Shown: in pieces, positions 37,922-50,121 of the stretch | Numbering within the stretch: the first letter of the stretch is position 1 | How the letters are laid out: every line of letters starts with the position of its first letter | Assembly (NCBI GenBank): GCA_963725865.1 | Contig: CAVSAC010000010.1 | Coordinates: 96,001 to 160,000, forward strand | Length of the DNA stretch: 64,000 nucleotides | Direction: 5' to 3' | From: Candidatus Eiseniibacteriota bacterium | Lineage (GTDB): Bacteria; Eisenbacteria; RBG-16-71-46 | Notes under the pieces: model-generated | The model's database searches: none | Seen by the model: only the letters and a program-made list of their open reading frames with translations | What the model was told of the DNA's origin: nothing | Translations under genes and position numbers: made by a program

Positions 37922-38506
37922 TCAGTGCGGGGTCGCGCCCGTCGTCCGGGCGTTGAGCTCGTTCATCACGTCCGCAGTGAGGTCGAGCGAGCGGTCCGCG
38001 TAAATGAGGAATCCGCTCGCGGCGTCGAAGACGAGGTACAGTCCCTTGTCGCCCGCGACCTTTTCGACCGCCTGACGGATCTGGGTCACGACCTCTTCGG
38101 TCGCCTGCTGATTCTCCTGGGCCGCCTTGCCCTGCGGCCCCCAGATATCCTGGATGAAGCGTTCGTATTCGCTGATCGATCGCTGCAGCTGCTCTTCCTT
38201 CTCCTGCCGCTTGCTCGCGGACAGGATCGGCGACTGGTCGCGCACCTCGGCACGGAGGGCGTTCACCGCCTTCTCCTTCTCCGCCGCCTCGTCGCGCCAG
38301 CCCTGCACGCGGCGGTCGAAGCGCTGCTGCGACTCCACCGCCACCTTGTACTGCTCGAAGATCTTGCCCGAGTCAATATAGCCGATGCGTAGGTCCGCGG
38401 GCGAAGCGGCCCGCGCGAGCGGCGCGCACAGCCCCAGAGCGGCGAACGCGGCGAGCAGCACCCCCACGGGGCGCCGGCAGCGATGCGTCAGGATGCGGTC
38501 GGGCAT
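37922..38506 (-). CDS. skp: OmpH/Skp periplasmic chaperone
   Basis: Signal peptide, RIGYIDS, coiled coil, LVFD...YAD..LDLT; between bamA and lpxD. Confidence 0.9.
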   Translation of the reverse strand: MPDRILTHRCRRPVGVLLAAFAALGLCAPLARAASPADLRIGYIDSGKIFEQYKVAVESQQRFDRRVQGWRDEAAEKEKAVNALRAEVRDQSPILSASKRQEKEEQLQRSISEYERFIQDIWGPQGKAAQENQQATEEVVTQIRQAVEKVAGDKGLYLVFDAASGFLIYADRSLDLTADVMNELNARTTGATPH

Positions 38507-38508
38507 GG

Positions 38509-40917
38509 TCAGAAGCTCTGATTGCCGAGGAGGAAGTGACCCACGGCATGGGGTCCGTCGTCGCGATTGAAGCCGTAGCCGTAATCGAAGCCGATGTTGC
38601 CGAGCAGCGGGATCTCGAGCCGGAACCCGATGCCCGCCCCCATCTTCAGGTCGAACGGCCGGATCTCGCGGAGTCGATCCCAGGTGTTGCCCGCGTCGAA
38701 GAAGAGCACACCGTGCAGCGGATGCACAATCGGGAACTGCTGCTCCAGGGTGAACACCGTCATGAAGCGCCCGCCCGGGTAGCGGATCCGCGTCTTGGTC
38801 TCGCCGTAGAGCGTGTCGCGCGTGCCCGGCGTCGTGGTCGAGTCGATGCTGGAGATGTAGCGCGAGATCACCTGTCGGTTGTACTTGTCGGGCACCACCA
38901 TGTAGTCGTCGTAGCCGCGCAGCGGATCCAGCGTGGTGCCGCCCCCGAGGCGGAAGCGCTCATAGGTCGGGACCGCGCGGTGCTGGTCGAGGTACTCGCC
39001 CACGAATCCCATCCGCACCTTGAGCATCGTGGTCACGTGGCGGGTGAACGACGGCAGGTAGAGCCGGCCGTCGAGCCGGTGCTTGTGGAAGTCGACCGAG
39101 CCGCCGAACGGACCGCCCGCCACCTCGCTCTCGAGCGTCAGCCGTGTGCCCTTGGTCGGGTAGAACGGGTTGTCGCTGCTGTTGCGCACGAACGCGAGCG
39201 TGGTGCTGCTGGTGCGCACGGCGCGCCCCACCGACAGGTTCGCGAGCAACGCCGAGTCCGCGGCCGACGTTGCGGTGCCGAGCTCGGTGATTGTGACGTC
39301 CTCGAGGCTGTAGCTCACCGAGCCCCGCGCGTAATCGGGCCACGGCAGCGGGCGCCCGATGCGGCCCGCGCCGCCCACGCGCTTCTCGGTGTAGAGGTCG
39401 TAGTCGCGCATGGTGTTGTAGGCGGAGAAACCGAGCAGCGTGGGCGTGTCGCGGAACCACGGCTCGGTGAACGAGAGCGAGTAGTCCTCGCGCTTGCTGC
39501 CGCGCTCGAGGTGGAGCGACAGGCTCTGGCCGTTGCCGAGCACGTTGTTGTGGCCCAGCTCGAGGAAGCCGGTCAGGCCGCTCTCGTTGGTGTAGCCGGC
39601 ACCCGCCGATGCCGTGCCGACCTGCTTCTCCTTCACCTTGAGCGTGATGTCGACGTCGCTGCTGTCGGCGGGCACGAAGTCGAGCTGGACGTCCTCGAAG
39701 AGCCCGAGCCGGAAGATGTCCCCCTGGCTGCGCACCAGCGCCGAGCGCTTGAATCGCTCGCCTTCGTGGATGTCGAGCTCGCGCCGGATGACCTTCTCGC
39801 GCGTGCCCTTGTTGCCGCTGATCAGCACCGCGTGCACGTTGGAGGGCCGGCCCTCGGCGATCGAAAACGCCACGTCCACCAGCGAGTCGCGCACCGTCTC
39901 GTTGGGCTCGATCTGGAGGTAGAACAGGTAGCCGCGCTCCGCGTACTCGGAGAACGCCGCCTGCTGCGCCTTCTCGATCCGCGACGCGTCGTAGCCCTCC
40001 CCCGGCTTGGGGCGCCACAGGCCCGCGAGCAGCGTCGAGTCCACGACCTGGTTCCCGCTCCAGGTGACCCGGCCCATCTGGTACACCGGCCCCTCGTCGA
40101 TCACGACGTGCAGCGTGAGATCGCGGGAGGTGGCACCGGGGAGCAGCGTCTCGCTCGTCACGCGGGCGTCGCGGTAGCCGTGATTGCGGTACCAGCCCTC
40201 GAGCGCGTCGCGGTCTTCCGAGAACTTCGACTCGTCGGGCTCGCCGCCGCCGAAGAAGCCCTTCTTCTTGCTCTTCATCTGCTTCGCCAGCTTCTTGTGC
40301 GTGAACGCGCGGACGCCCTCGAACTCGATGCGTCGGATGCGCACCTTCTCGCCCTCGTGGATCACGAAGCGCAGCGCGATGCGGTTGCCGGACAGGGTGT
40401 CGGTCTGCGCGTCGATCGTGGCGCGCGCGTAGCCGGCGTCCTTGTAGACCTGCATCAGCGTGTCGCGCTGCGTCCGCACGGCGGAGGCCGAGTAGACCTC
40501 GCCTGCGCGCAGGAAGGTCTTCTTCTCGAGCTCGGAGGTCTCGCGCTTGACGTTGCCTGTGTACGTGACGCTCGCGATGCGCGGCCGCTCCTTCACCATC
40601 ACGACCAGGTCGACGACGCCCTCGTGGGCGTTCTGCTCGACGGTGACGTCGTCGAACACGCCGAGCGCGTACAGCTTGCGGACTCCGCGGCGGACCGCGT
40701 CCTGCGAGAACCGATCACCCGCGCGGATCTCGAACGTGCGCAGGATCCGCGTGCTGTCGCTGGTGACCTGGCCCCGCACCGAGACCGTGCCGATCGCCGG
40801 GGCGGCCTCCTCGACGGGCGCGGCCGGAGACGCCTCGGCCGGCGGCGGGGGCGGCTGGCCCTGCGCCGCGGCCGGAGTCGCGAGCAGTGAGAGGAGCAGG
40901 AGGATCCGCGTCAGCAG
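38509..40917 (-). CDS. bamA: Outer membrane protein assembly factor BamA (start uncertain: CTG 40917/40914 or ATG 41001)
   Basis: Signal peptide, five POTRA-like repeats, NVLGNGQ, FTEPW, LRGY, C-terminal Phe. Confidence 0.93.
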   Translation of the reverse strand: MLTRILLLLSLLATPAAAQGQPPPPPAEASPAAPVEEAAPAIGTVSVRGQVTSDSTRILRTFEIRAGDRFSQDAVRRGVRKLYALGVFDDVTVEQNAHEGVVDLVVMVKERPRIASVTYTGNVKRETSELEKKTFLRAGEVYSASAVRTQRDTLMQVYKDAGYARATIDAQTDTLSGNRIALRFVIHEGEKVRIRRIEFEGVRAFTHKKLAKQMKSKKKGFFGGGEPDESKFSEDRDALEGWYRNHGYRDARVTSETLLPGATSRDLTLHVVIDEGPVYQMGRVTWSGNQVVDSTLLAGLWRPKPGEGYDASRIEKAQQAAFSEYAERGYLFYLQIEPNETVRDSLVDVAFSIAEGRPSNVHAVLISGNKGTREKVIRRELDIHEGERFKRSALVRSQGDIFRLGLFEDVQLDFVPADSSDVDITLKVKEKQVGTASAGAGYTNESGLTGFLELGHNNVLGNGQSLSLHLERGSKREDYSLSFTEPWFRDTPTLLGFSAYNTMRDYDLYTEKRVGGAGRIGRPLPWPDYARGSVSYSLEDVTITELGTATSAADSALLANLSVGRAVRTSSTTLAFVRNSSDNPFYPTKGTRLTLESEVAGGPFGGSVDFHKHRLDGRLYLPSFTRHVTTMLKVRMGFVGEYLDQHRAVPTYERFRLGGGTTLDPLRGYDDYMVVPDKYNRQVISRYISSIDSTTTPGTRDTLYGETKTRIRYPGGRFMTVFTLEQQFPIVHPLHGVLFFDAGNTWDRLREIRPFDLKMGAGIGFRLEIPLLGNIGFDYGYGFNRDDGPHAVGHFLLGNQSF

Positions 40918-40924
40918 GTCGGCC

Positions 40925-43396
<2,472 letters not shown>

Positions 43397-43412
43397 CGCG
43401 TCGCTCCTTGGG

Positions 43413-44501
43413 CTAGGCCAACCCGGACTCGCGTTCGGCGGCGGCGAGCCGCTCGCGCACGAGTTGGGCGCGGTAGACGTTGCGTTCGGCCGGAGAGAGC
43501 TCGCCCCCGCGGAACCGCTCGAGGTGGGCAGGTTGGGTCACGATCAGCATCTCGTTCATCACCGCGAGCGGCGGCAGCCCGGTCAGACCCAGCGCCACGC
43601 CGAGCCGCACCGCCGAGCACAGGTTGATGACTTCGCGCGAGTGGATCGAGCGACAGTGCCGCAGCGTCCCGTAGGCGCGCCACACCTTGTCCTCGATCTG
43701 CACGCGGGCGTCCCGCATCATCCGCTCGCGCGCCTGCTCCTCGGTCTCGATGATCTGGCGCGTCACCCGTTCCAGGCTCTCGATCGAGTCGCGTTCGCTG
43801 CGGCCGAGCGTGGTCTGGTTCGAGATCTGGAAGAGGTTGCCCATGACCTCGCTGTTCTCCCCGTACAGCCCGCGCACGTTGAGGCCGACCTGCATGATGC
43901 TCTTGAGCACCTTCTGGATCTCGTCGAGCAGCACCAGCGCGGGCAGGTGGATGAGCACCGAGGCGCGCATCCCCGTGCCGGCGTTGGTCGGGCACGACGT
44001 CAGGTAGCCGATCTCGTCCGAGAACGCGAAGTCGAGCGCCTGGTTGAGCTCGTCGTCGGCGGCGTCGGCGTGCGACCACGCCTCGGTCAGCTGGAAGCCC
44101 GCCGACATCGACTGCAGGCGCAGGTGGTCTTCCTCGTTGACCATCAGCGAGAGCCGCTCGTCGCGGCCGATCACGATGCCGCGCGGCTTGCTGCCGTCGC
44201 CCAGCTCGTGCGAGACGAGGTGGCGCTCGACCAGGATCTGGCGCTCGATCGGCGTCAGTCGGTCCATGCGCAGCAGCAGCCCGCCGCCGAAGCTCGGCGC
44301 GCGCTGCGCCGCACCCGTGACCGAGACCAGCACGCCCTCCATCTGCTCGGGACGCGCGCGATGCGAGAACGGCACCGCGCTCAGATTGCGCGCCAGCCGC
44401 ACGCGGGTCGACAGCACCATCTCCGAGCGCGGGCCGTCGCCGGCCAGCCACGGGCTCGGGCGGCTGAACAGCTCGTCGAACGACTGCGGCGCGGCGCTCA
44501 T
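43413..44501 (-). CDS. mcsB: Protein arginine kinase
   Basis: STRVRLARN, LVERHLVS, MVNEEDHLRLQ, GYLTSCPTNAGTGMRASV, FQISNQTTLG. Confidence 0.94.
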   Translation of the reverse strand: MSAAPQSFDELFSRPSPWLAGDGPRSEMVLSTRVRLARNLSAVPFSHRARPEQMEGVLVSVTGAAQRAPSFGGGLLLRMDRLTPIERQILVERHLVSHELGDGSKPRGIVIGRDERLSLMVNEEDHLRLQSMSAGFQLTEAWSHADAADDELNQALDFAFSDEIGYLTSCPTNAGTGMRASVLIHLPALVLLDEIQKVLKSIMQVGLNVRGLYGENSEVMGNLFQISNQTTLGRSERDSIESLERVTRQIIETEEQARERMMRDARVQIEDKVWRAYGTLRHCRSIHSREVINLCSAVRLGVALGLTGLPPLAVMNEMLIVTQPAHLERFRGGELSPAERNVYRAQLVRERLAAAERESGLA

Positions 44502-45025
44502 GGGCGCGGCTCCGCGGCCGGTGTGCGGTGTTCCGCCTCGACCCGCTTGATGTCGTCGCGCAGCTGGGCCGCGCGCTCGAACTCCTCGCGCTCGACCGCG
44601 CGCTGCAGCTCGTCGTGCAGGCGCTGGATCTGGCGCGAGCGCGACACCCCGGCGCCGTCGCGCGCCGGCGTCTTGCCGCGGTGACGCGTGTCGCCGTGGA
44701 TGCGTCGCAGGAGCGGCCGCAGCTGGAACTGGAAGGCGGTGTAGCACTCCGCGCAGCCCAACCGCCCGGTCTCCCGGAACGCCGAGTAGAGCAGGCCGCA
44801 GCGCGGGCACTGGACGTGCCCGACGCGCTCCTCTTCGGTGGTGGTCATGCCGTCGACCATGCCCGCGAGGAGATCCGCGATGTCGAACTTGTGCTTCTTC
44901 GCCGGTCCATGCAGACCCTTCTCCTCCGCGCACCGATCGCACACGTGGATCTCGGTCATCTTGTTGTCATGGATCTCGGTGAAATGCACCGTCGCGGGGG
45001 TCTTCCCGCAGATCTGGCAGAGCAT
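44498..45025 (-). CDS. mcsA: McsA arginine kinase activator
   Basis: CQIC, CDRC, CPRC, GRLGCAECY, HRGK, C-terminal UVR domain. Confidence 0.93.
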   Translation of the reverse strand: MLCQICGKTPATVHFTEIHDNKMTEIHVCDRCAEEKGLHGPAKKHKFDIADLLAGMVDGMTTTEEERVGHVQCPRCGLLYSAFRETGRLGCAECYTAFQFQLRPLLRRIHGDTRHRGKTPARDGAGVSRSRQIQRLHDELQRAVEREEFERAAQLRDDIKRVEAEHRTPAAEPRP

Positions 45026-45037
45026 CCGAGCGTGTCC

Positions 45038-45730
45038 TCAGGCCTCGACGAGCCGCCCGCCCTCCAGCCGGAGGACGCGGTCGGCGATCGCCGCCAGCCT
45101 ATCATTGTGCGTCACGACGACAAACGTCTGATGCCGCTCGCGGGCCAGCGTTCCCATGAGTACGTGCAGAGTCTCCGCCGCGCGCGGATCGAGGTTGCCG
45201 GAGGGTTCGTCCGCGAGCACCAGCTCCGGCGCGCCGCAGAGCGCGCGCGCCACGGCGACGCGCTGTGCCTCGCCACCCGAGAGCTGCGCGGGACGGTGGT
45301 CCCAGCGCTCGAGCAGCCCGGCGTCGCGCAGTGCATCGCGCGCCCGCACGCGGGCCGGCTCGGGCGACTCGCCCGCGATCAGCAGCGGCATCATGACGTT
45401 CTCCTCCGCGGTGAACTCCGGCAGCAGATGGTGGAACTGGAACACGAAACCCAGCCGGCGGGCACGGAAACGCGCCACCGCCACCTCGGAGAGCGACTCG
45501 ACCTGCTCGCCACGGACCCACAGCGTGCCCGTGTCGGGACGGTCGAGTGTCCCGAGGATGTTCAGTAGCGTGCTCTTCCCCGATCCCGAGGCCCCGATGA
45601 TTGCCAGAACCATGCCACGCGGGATCTCGAGGTCCACGCCCGCGAGTACGGTCAGACGGCCGGTCGGCACCGCGTAAGACTTCGTGATCCCGGTTGCACG
45701 CAGTACCACGTCGCTCGGGTCAAACGTCAT
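45038..45730 (-). CDS. lolD: Lipoprotein-releasing system ATP-binding protein
   Basis: GASGSGKST, GFVFQFHHLLPEFTA LolD motif, LSGGE. Confidence 0.9.
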   Translation of the reverse strand: MTFDPSDVVLRATGITKSYAVPTGRLTVLAGVDLEIPRGMVLAIIGASGSGKSTLLNILGTLDRPDTGTLWVRGEQVESLSEVAVARFRARRLGFVFQFHHLLPEFTAEENVMMPLLIAGESPEPARVRARDALRDAGLLERWDHRPAQLSGGEAQRVAVARALCGAPELVLADEPSGNLDPRAAETLHVLMGTLARERHQTFVVVTHNDRLAAIADRVLRLEGGRLVEA

Positions 45731-45768
45731 CGCGGCAGTCCCTTCCGAGCATCATTTCGGGTCGCCTC

Positions 45769-47046
45769 TCAAGCCTGGCGCCGGATCGCGTCGATCGGCT
45801 CCAGGCAGGCGGCGCGCCACGCCGGGTAGAGGGCGGCGGCCAGACACAGCACCAGGGCGGCCAGAATGACGGCAGCGAAATCCCCCGCCTCGGGCCGCAC
45901 CGGGAGGCGCTCGATGAAGTAGACGTCGCCGGGCAGCCGCACGAATGGGTAGCGCTGCAACACTTCGATGAGCGCGTATCCCAGCACCGCGCCCAGCCCG
46001 GTGCCGAGCCCGCCGATCAGCACGCCCTCCGCGAGGAACACCTGGAGCACCAGCGCGCGCGTCGCCCCGAGCGACTTGAGGACCCCGATGTCGCGGCGTT
46101 TCTCGAGCACCACCATGAACAGCGTGCTCACGATGTTGAATGCCGCGACCAACACGATCAGGGCGAGGATCACGAACATCACCGTCTTCTCCAGCTTCAT
46201 CCAGGTGAACAGGTTCCGGTTCAGCTCGATCCAGTTGTTCGCTCGCAGACCCCGCACCGCCGGCGTCAGCGGCTCCACGTCGGGCGACGGCGTGGCGCCG
46301 ATCGCCGCCAGAATCGCCCGCGACATCGCGGGAGCCTCGAACATGTCGGCGAGCTTCACCTCGACGCCCGTCACGCGGTCGCCCAGCTCGTAGAACGCCT
46401 GCGAGGCGGGGATCGAGGTGAAGCCGAACGCGGAGTCGTAGGTGTAGAGGCCGGACGTGAACAGGCCCACGACCCGGAATGGCCGCAGGCGCGGGGTGAA
46501 GCCGAACGCGGTCTGGTCCGCCCCCGCCAGCGAGGCGAGCACCACCACGTCGCCGACCCGGGCGCCGATGCGCGCGGCGAGCTCGGAGCCCAGCACGACG
46601 CCGGGCTCGCCCGTGGGCGTGCGTGACGGGATCGAGTCGAGCGGCGGCTGGATGTTCGCGCCCACCGTCGTCACGACGCGCTCGGCCGCGAGATCCACGC
46701 CCTTCACGACCATGCCCTCGCTCTGGCCGCGATGGACGATCATGGACTTCGCGTACGTGAACGGCGCGACCCCCACCACGCCCGGCATCCGCCGCACGCG
46801 ATCGCAGATGAGGCCGGCATCCGCCACCCCACCGGTGTCCTCGCCGAGGATCACCACGTGCGCGTCGGTGCCGGCGATCCGCGACTGGATCTCGTTCTCG
46901 AAGCCGTTCATCACGGCGAGCACGGTGAGCAGCGCGGTGACCCCGAGCGCCACCCCGCCGATCGAGATCCCGGTGAGCAGGGTGATGAAGCCGCTCTGCC
47001 TCCGCGTGCGCAGGTAGCGCGCCGCGATCCACAGCGGGAGCCTCAC
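45769..47046 (-). CDS. lolE: Lipoprotein-releasing system permease LolC/E
   Basis: IAARYLR...FIT, VMNGF, NLFTWMKLEK, VAAFNIVSTL, LPGDVYFI. Confidence 0.88.
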   Translation of the reverse strand: MRLPLWIAARYLRTRRQSGFITLLTGISIGGVALGVTALLTVLAVMNGFENEIQSRIAGTDAHVVILGEDTGGVADAGLICDRVRRMPGVVGVAPFTYAKSMIVHRGQSEGMVVKGVDLAAERVVTTVGANIQPPLDSIPSRTPTGEPGVVLGSELAARIGARVGDVVVLASLAGADQTAFGFTPRLRPFRVVGLFTSGLYTYDSAFGFTSIPASQAFYELGDRVTGVEVKLADMFEAPAMSRAILAAIGATPSPDVEPLTPAVRGLRANNWIELNRNLFTWMKLEKTVMFVILALIVLVAAFNIVSTLFMVVLEKRRDIGVLKSLGATRALVLQVFLAEGVLIGGLGTGLGAVLGYALIEVLQRYPFVRLPGDVYFIERLPVRPEAGDFAAVILAALVLCLAAALYPAWRAACLEPIDAIRRQA

Positions 47047-48566
47047 GTGGGGTCCGCGTCCGCAGCGCCCGGAGCGGAGTCCTCCTCGTCGTCGATCTCG
47101 GCGCGGCCCTCCTCCGGACGCAACGTCGGGAACAGGATGACCTCGCGGATCGAGCGCGCCCCGGTCAGCAGCATGGTGAGGCGGTCGATGCCGATGCCCA
47201 CGCCGCCGGTCGGCGGCATGCCGTACTCGAGCGCGCGGACGTAGTCGTGGTCCATGACCTGCGCCTCTTCGTCGCCGCCCGCGCGCCGCTGCATCTGCTC
47301 CTCGAACGCGCGTGCCTGCGCCTGCGGGTCGTTCTGCTCCGAGAACGCGTTCGCGAGCTCCATCCGCGCCGCGAACAGCTCGAAGCGCTCGACCACCCCG
47401 GGCCGGGTGCGGCTCGCGCGGGCCAGCGGCGAGGTCTCGGCCGGGTAGTCCACCACGAACGTGGGCTGCACCAGCGTGGGCTGCACCAGCTCGCTGAACA
47501 GCGCGTCGAGCAGTCCGCCCGCCCCGGTGCCGGGGCGCGTGTCGACGTGGTGCGCACGGGCCAGTCGCGCGAGGCGCGCGGCATCCAGGTCGTCCACCGG
47601 CTCGCCGACCTTCGCGCTCACTTCGTCGAGCATCGACATCCGCGGCCACGGCGGGGCGAAGTCGACCCGCTCGCCCTGGTACTCGAGCGCGGTGGCGCCG
47701 GTCGCCAACTCCACGGCGTGCCCCACCAGCGACTCGGTGAGCGCCATCATGTCGTGCACGTCGGCGAACGCCTGGTAGAACTCGAGCATCGTGAACTCGG
47801 GATTGTGCGAGCGGTCCATGCCCTCGTTGCGGAAGTCGCGCGCGAACTCGTACACGCGCTCGAGCCCCCCCACGATCAGGCGCTTGAGGTAGAGCTCGTT
47901 CGAGATGCGCAGGTACAGCGTCATGTCGAGCGCATGGTGGGTGGTCACGAACGGGCGCGCGAACGCGCCGCCGTAGAGCGGCTGCAGCACCGGGGTCTCG
48001 ACCTCGAGATACCCGCGCGCATCGAGGAACGCGCGCAGCCCCGAGATCAGCCGCGCGCGGCGGCGGAAGATCTCGCGCACCTCCAGGTTCATGAACAGGT
48101 CGGCGTAGCGCTGGCGGAAGCGGGTCTCGGGGTCGCGCAGCCCGTGCCACTTCTCGGGAGTCGGACGGAGCGCCTTGGCGAGCATCTCGAAGCCGTCCAC
48201 CCGCAGCGTGATCTCGCCGGTGCGGGTGCGGAACAGCTGACCCTCCACCCCCACCCAGTCGCCGACTTCGAGCAGCTCGTAGCGCGTGTAGGCCACCCCG
48301 AGGTGATCGGCCTTGAAGTAGAGCTGGATGCGCCCGCTGCCGTCGAGCAGGTGGGCGAAGCCCGCCTTGCCGTGGCCGCGGATCGCCATCAGCCGGCCGG
48401 CGACCCGTACCCGCTCGCCGAACTCGGCGGTCACCGCCTCGCCGCGCGCGAGCAGGTCCGCCGCCCGGTGGGTGGCGTCGTAGCGGTACGCGTAGGGCTC
48501 CACCCCCTGGGCCCGCCAGCGCGCGGCCTTCTCCAGGCGCTGGCGCATGATCTCGTTCAGGGCCAT
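47043..48566 (-). CDS. lysS: Lysine--tRNA ligase (class II)
   Basis: PEKWHGL, RQRYADL, GGAFARPF, LRISNELYLKRL, FRNEGMD..HNPEFTMLE, YGMPPTGG. Confidence 0.97.
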   Translation of the reverse strand: MALNEIMRQRLEKAARWRAQGVEPYAYRYDATHRAADLLARGEAVTAEFGERVRVAGRLMAIRGHGKAGFAHLLDGSGRIQLYFKADHLGVAYTRYELLEVGDWVGVEGQLFRTRTGEITLRVDGFEMLAKALRPTPEKWHGLRDPETRFRQRYADLFMNLEVREIFRRRARLISGLRAFLDARGYLEVETPVLQPLYGGAFARPFVTTHHALDMTLYLRISNELYLKRLIVGGLERVYEFARDFRNEGMDRSHNPEFTMLEFYQAFADVHDMMALTESLVGHAVELATGATALEYQGERVDFAPPWPRMSMLDEVSAKVGEPVDDLDAARLARLARAHHVDTRPGTGAGGLLDALFSELVQPTLVQPTFVVDYPAETSPLARASRTRPGVVERFELFAARMELANAFSEQNDPQAQARAFEEQMQRRAGGDEEAQVMDHDYVRALEYGMPPTGGVGIGIDRLTMLLTGARSIREVILFPTLRPEEGRAEIDDEEDSAPGAADADPT

Positions 48567-48626
48567 GCGGTCTCCGTATGAGGGCGCGCCCGAGCCAGGC
48601 GCCGAGGGCAGCTCGAAAGTCGGGCG

Positions 48627-48655
48627 ACTCTAGGAACGGCGCGCGGGCGCGTCAA
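48627..48655 (-). promoter_or_regulatory. sigma70-like promoter for lysS and downstream envelope operon
   Basis: TTGACG-N17-TAGAGT. Confidence 0.55.
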
Positions 48656-48678
48656 GCGCGGGCGGCGCGCCGCTCCGC

Positions 48679-50121
48679 TCAGCGTCCGCTGCCGGCGCCC
48701 GCCACGCGGTGGAGCTGCTCGAGTGCGAGCTTGCCCGCGGTCGGGTCCACCGCGACCGGGTAGCGCCCGGTGAAGCAGGCGCTGCAGAAGCGCGCGCCGT
48801 CGCGCTCGCACGCGAGCAGCCCCGCGTGCGAGAGGTAGCCCAGCGTGTCCACGCCGAGGTAGTCGCGGATCTCCTCCACCGACTTGAGCGCGCCGATCAG
48901 CTCGCGCCGGCTCGGCGTATCGATCCCGTAGAAGCACGGGTGCGTGACCGGCGGCGACCCGACCCGGAAGTGCACTTCGCGCGCGCCGGCGCGCCGCAGC
49001 AGGCGCACCAGCTTGCGACTCGTGGTGCCGCGCACGATCGAGTCGTCCACCACCACGACCCGCTGCCCCTCCAGCACCTCGCGCACCGGATTGAACTTGA
49101 CCCGCACGCTCGAGTCGCGCCCCGCCTGCAGCGGCTGGATGAAGGTGCGTCCGACGTAGTGATTGCGGATCAGCCCCAGCTCGAACCTCAGTCCCGAGCG
49201 CTCGCTGAACCCGAGCGCGATCGAGTTGCTCGAATCGGGCACCGCGATCACCACGTCCGCGTCCACCGGGTACTCCTCGGCGAGCCGGTGACCGATGCGG
49301 CGCCGCACCCGGTCCACGCCCTCGCCGAACACCCGGCTGTCGGGGCGCGAGAAGTAGATGTGCTCGAAGATGCACTGTTGCAGCGGCTCTGCCGCCGGCA
49401 CGGCGCGGCGCGCGCGCGTGCCCTGCGGATCGAGGCGCACCAGCTCGCCGGGCTCCACGTCGCGCACCACGTCGGCCCCCACCAGGTCGAGCGCGCAGGT
49501 CTCGCTCGCGACCACGTAGCCGTCGCCGAGCCGTCCGATGCACAGCGGCCGGAACCCGTGGGCGTCGCGCAGCGCGAACACGGCGTCGCGGGTGAGCACC
49601 ACGAGCGAATACGCTCCGGCCGCCTGGCGCGCCGCCTCGGCCAGCGCCTCGCCGGGATCGTCGGCCGGGGACAGCGCCATCAGGTGCAGGAGGATCTCGG
49701 TGTCGAGCGTCGTCTGGAAGATGGAGCCCGAGCCCTCGAGCCCCGATCGCAGCTCGCGCGCGTTGACGAGGTTGCCATTGTGCGCGAGCGCGAGCGGCCC
49801 GCCCCGGTACACCACCCGCAGCGGCTGCGTGTTCTCGAGCGTGAGGCTGCCGGCGGTCGAGTAGCGGTTGTGGCCGATCGCGAGCACGCCCGGCAGCCGC
49901 CCGAAGTCGAAGCCGCGATAGACGTCGGACACCAGCCCGATGCCCTTGTGGCTGTGGAACTCGCCGCCGTCGTCGCAGGAGACGATTCCGGTCGCCTCCT
50001 GCCCGCGGTGCTGGAGCGCATGGAGCCCGAGCGCCACCACCTCCGCGGCACGCGGCACTCCGATCGCCGCGAACACCCCGCACTCCTCCCGCCAGGTCTT
50101 CTCGGCCGACCAACCGTTCAT
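48679..50121 (-). CDS. purF: Amidophosphoribosyltransferase
   Basis: Propeptide ...REE-CGVF, LQHRGQE, GHNRYST, CIFEHIYFSRPDS, VDDSIVRGTT, PCFYGID, CSAC (Fe-S type). Confidence 0.97.
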   Translation of the reverse strand: MNGWSAEKTWREECGVFAAIGVPRAAEVVALGLHALQHRGQEATGIVSCDDGGEFHSHKGIGLVSDVYRGFDFGRLPGVLAIGHNRYSTAGSLTLENTQPLRVVYRGGPLALAHNGNLVNARELRSGLEGSGSIFQTTLDTEILLHLMALSPADDPGEALAEAARQAAGAYSLVVLTRDAVFALRDAHGFRPLCIGRLGDGYVVASETCALDLVGADVVRDVEPGELVRLDPQGTRARRAVPAAEPLQQCIFEHIYFSRPDSRVFGEGVDRVRRRIGHRLAEEYPVDADVVIAVPDSSNSIALGFSERSGLRFELGLIRNHYVGRTFIQPLQAGRDSSVRVKFNPVREVLEGQRVVVVDDSIVRGTTSRKLVRLLRRAGAREVHFRVGSPPVTHPCFYGIDTPSRRELIGALKSVEEIRDYLGVDTLGYLSHAGLLACERDGARFCSACFTGRYPVAVDPTAGKLALEQLHRVAGAGSGR

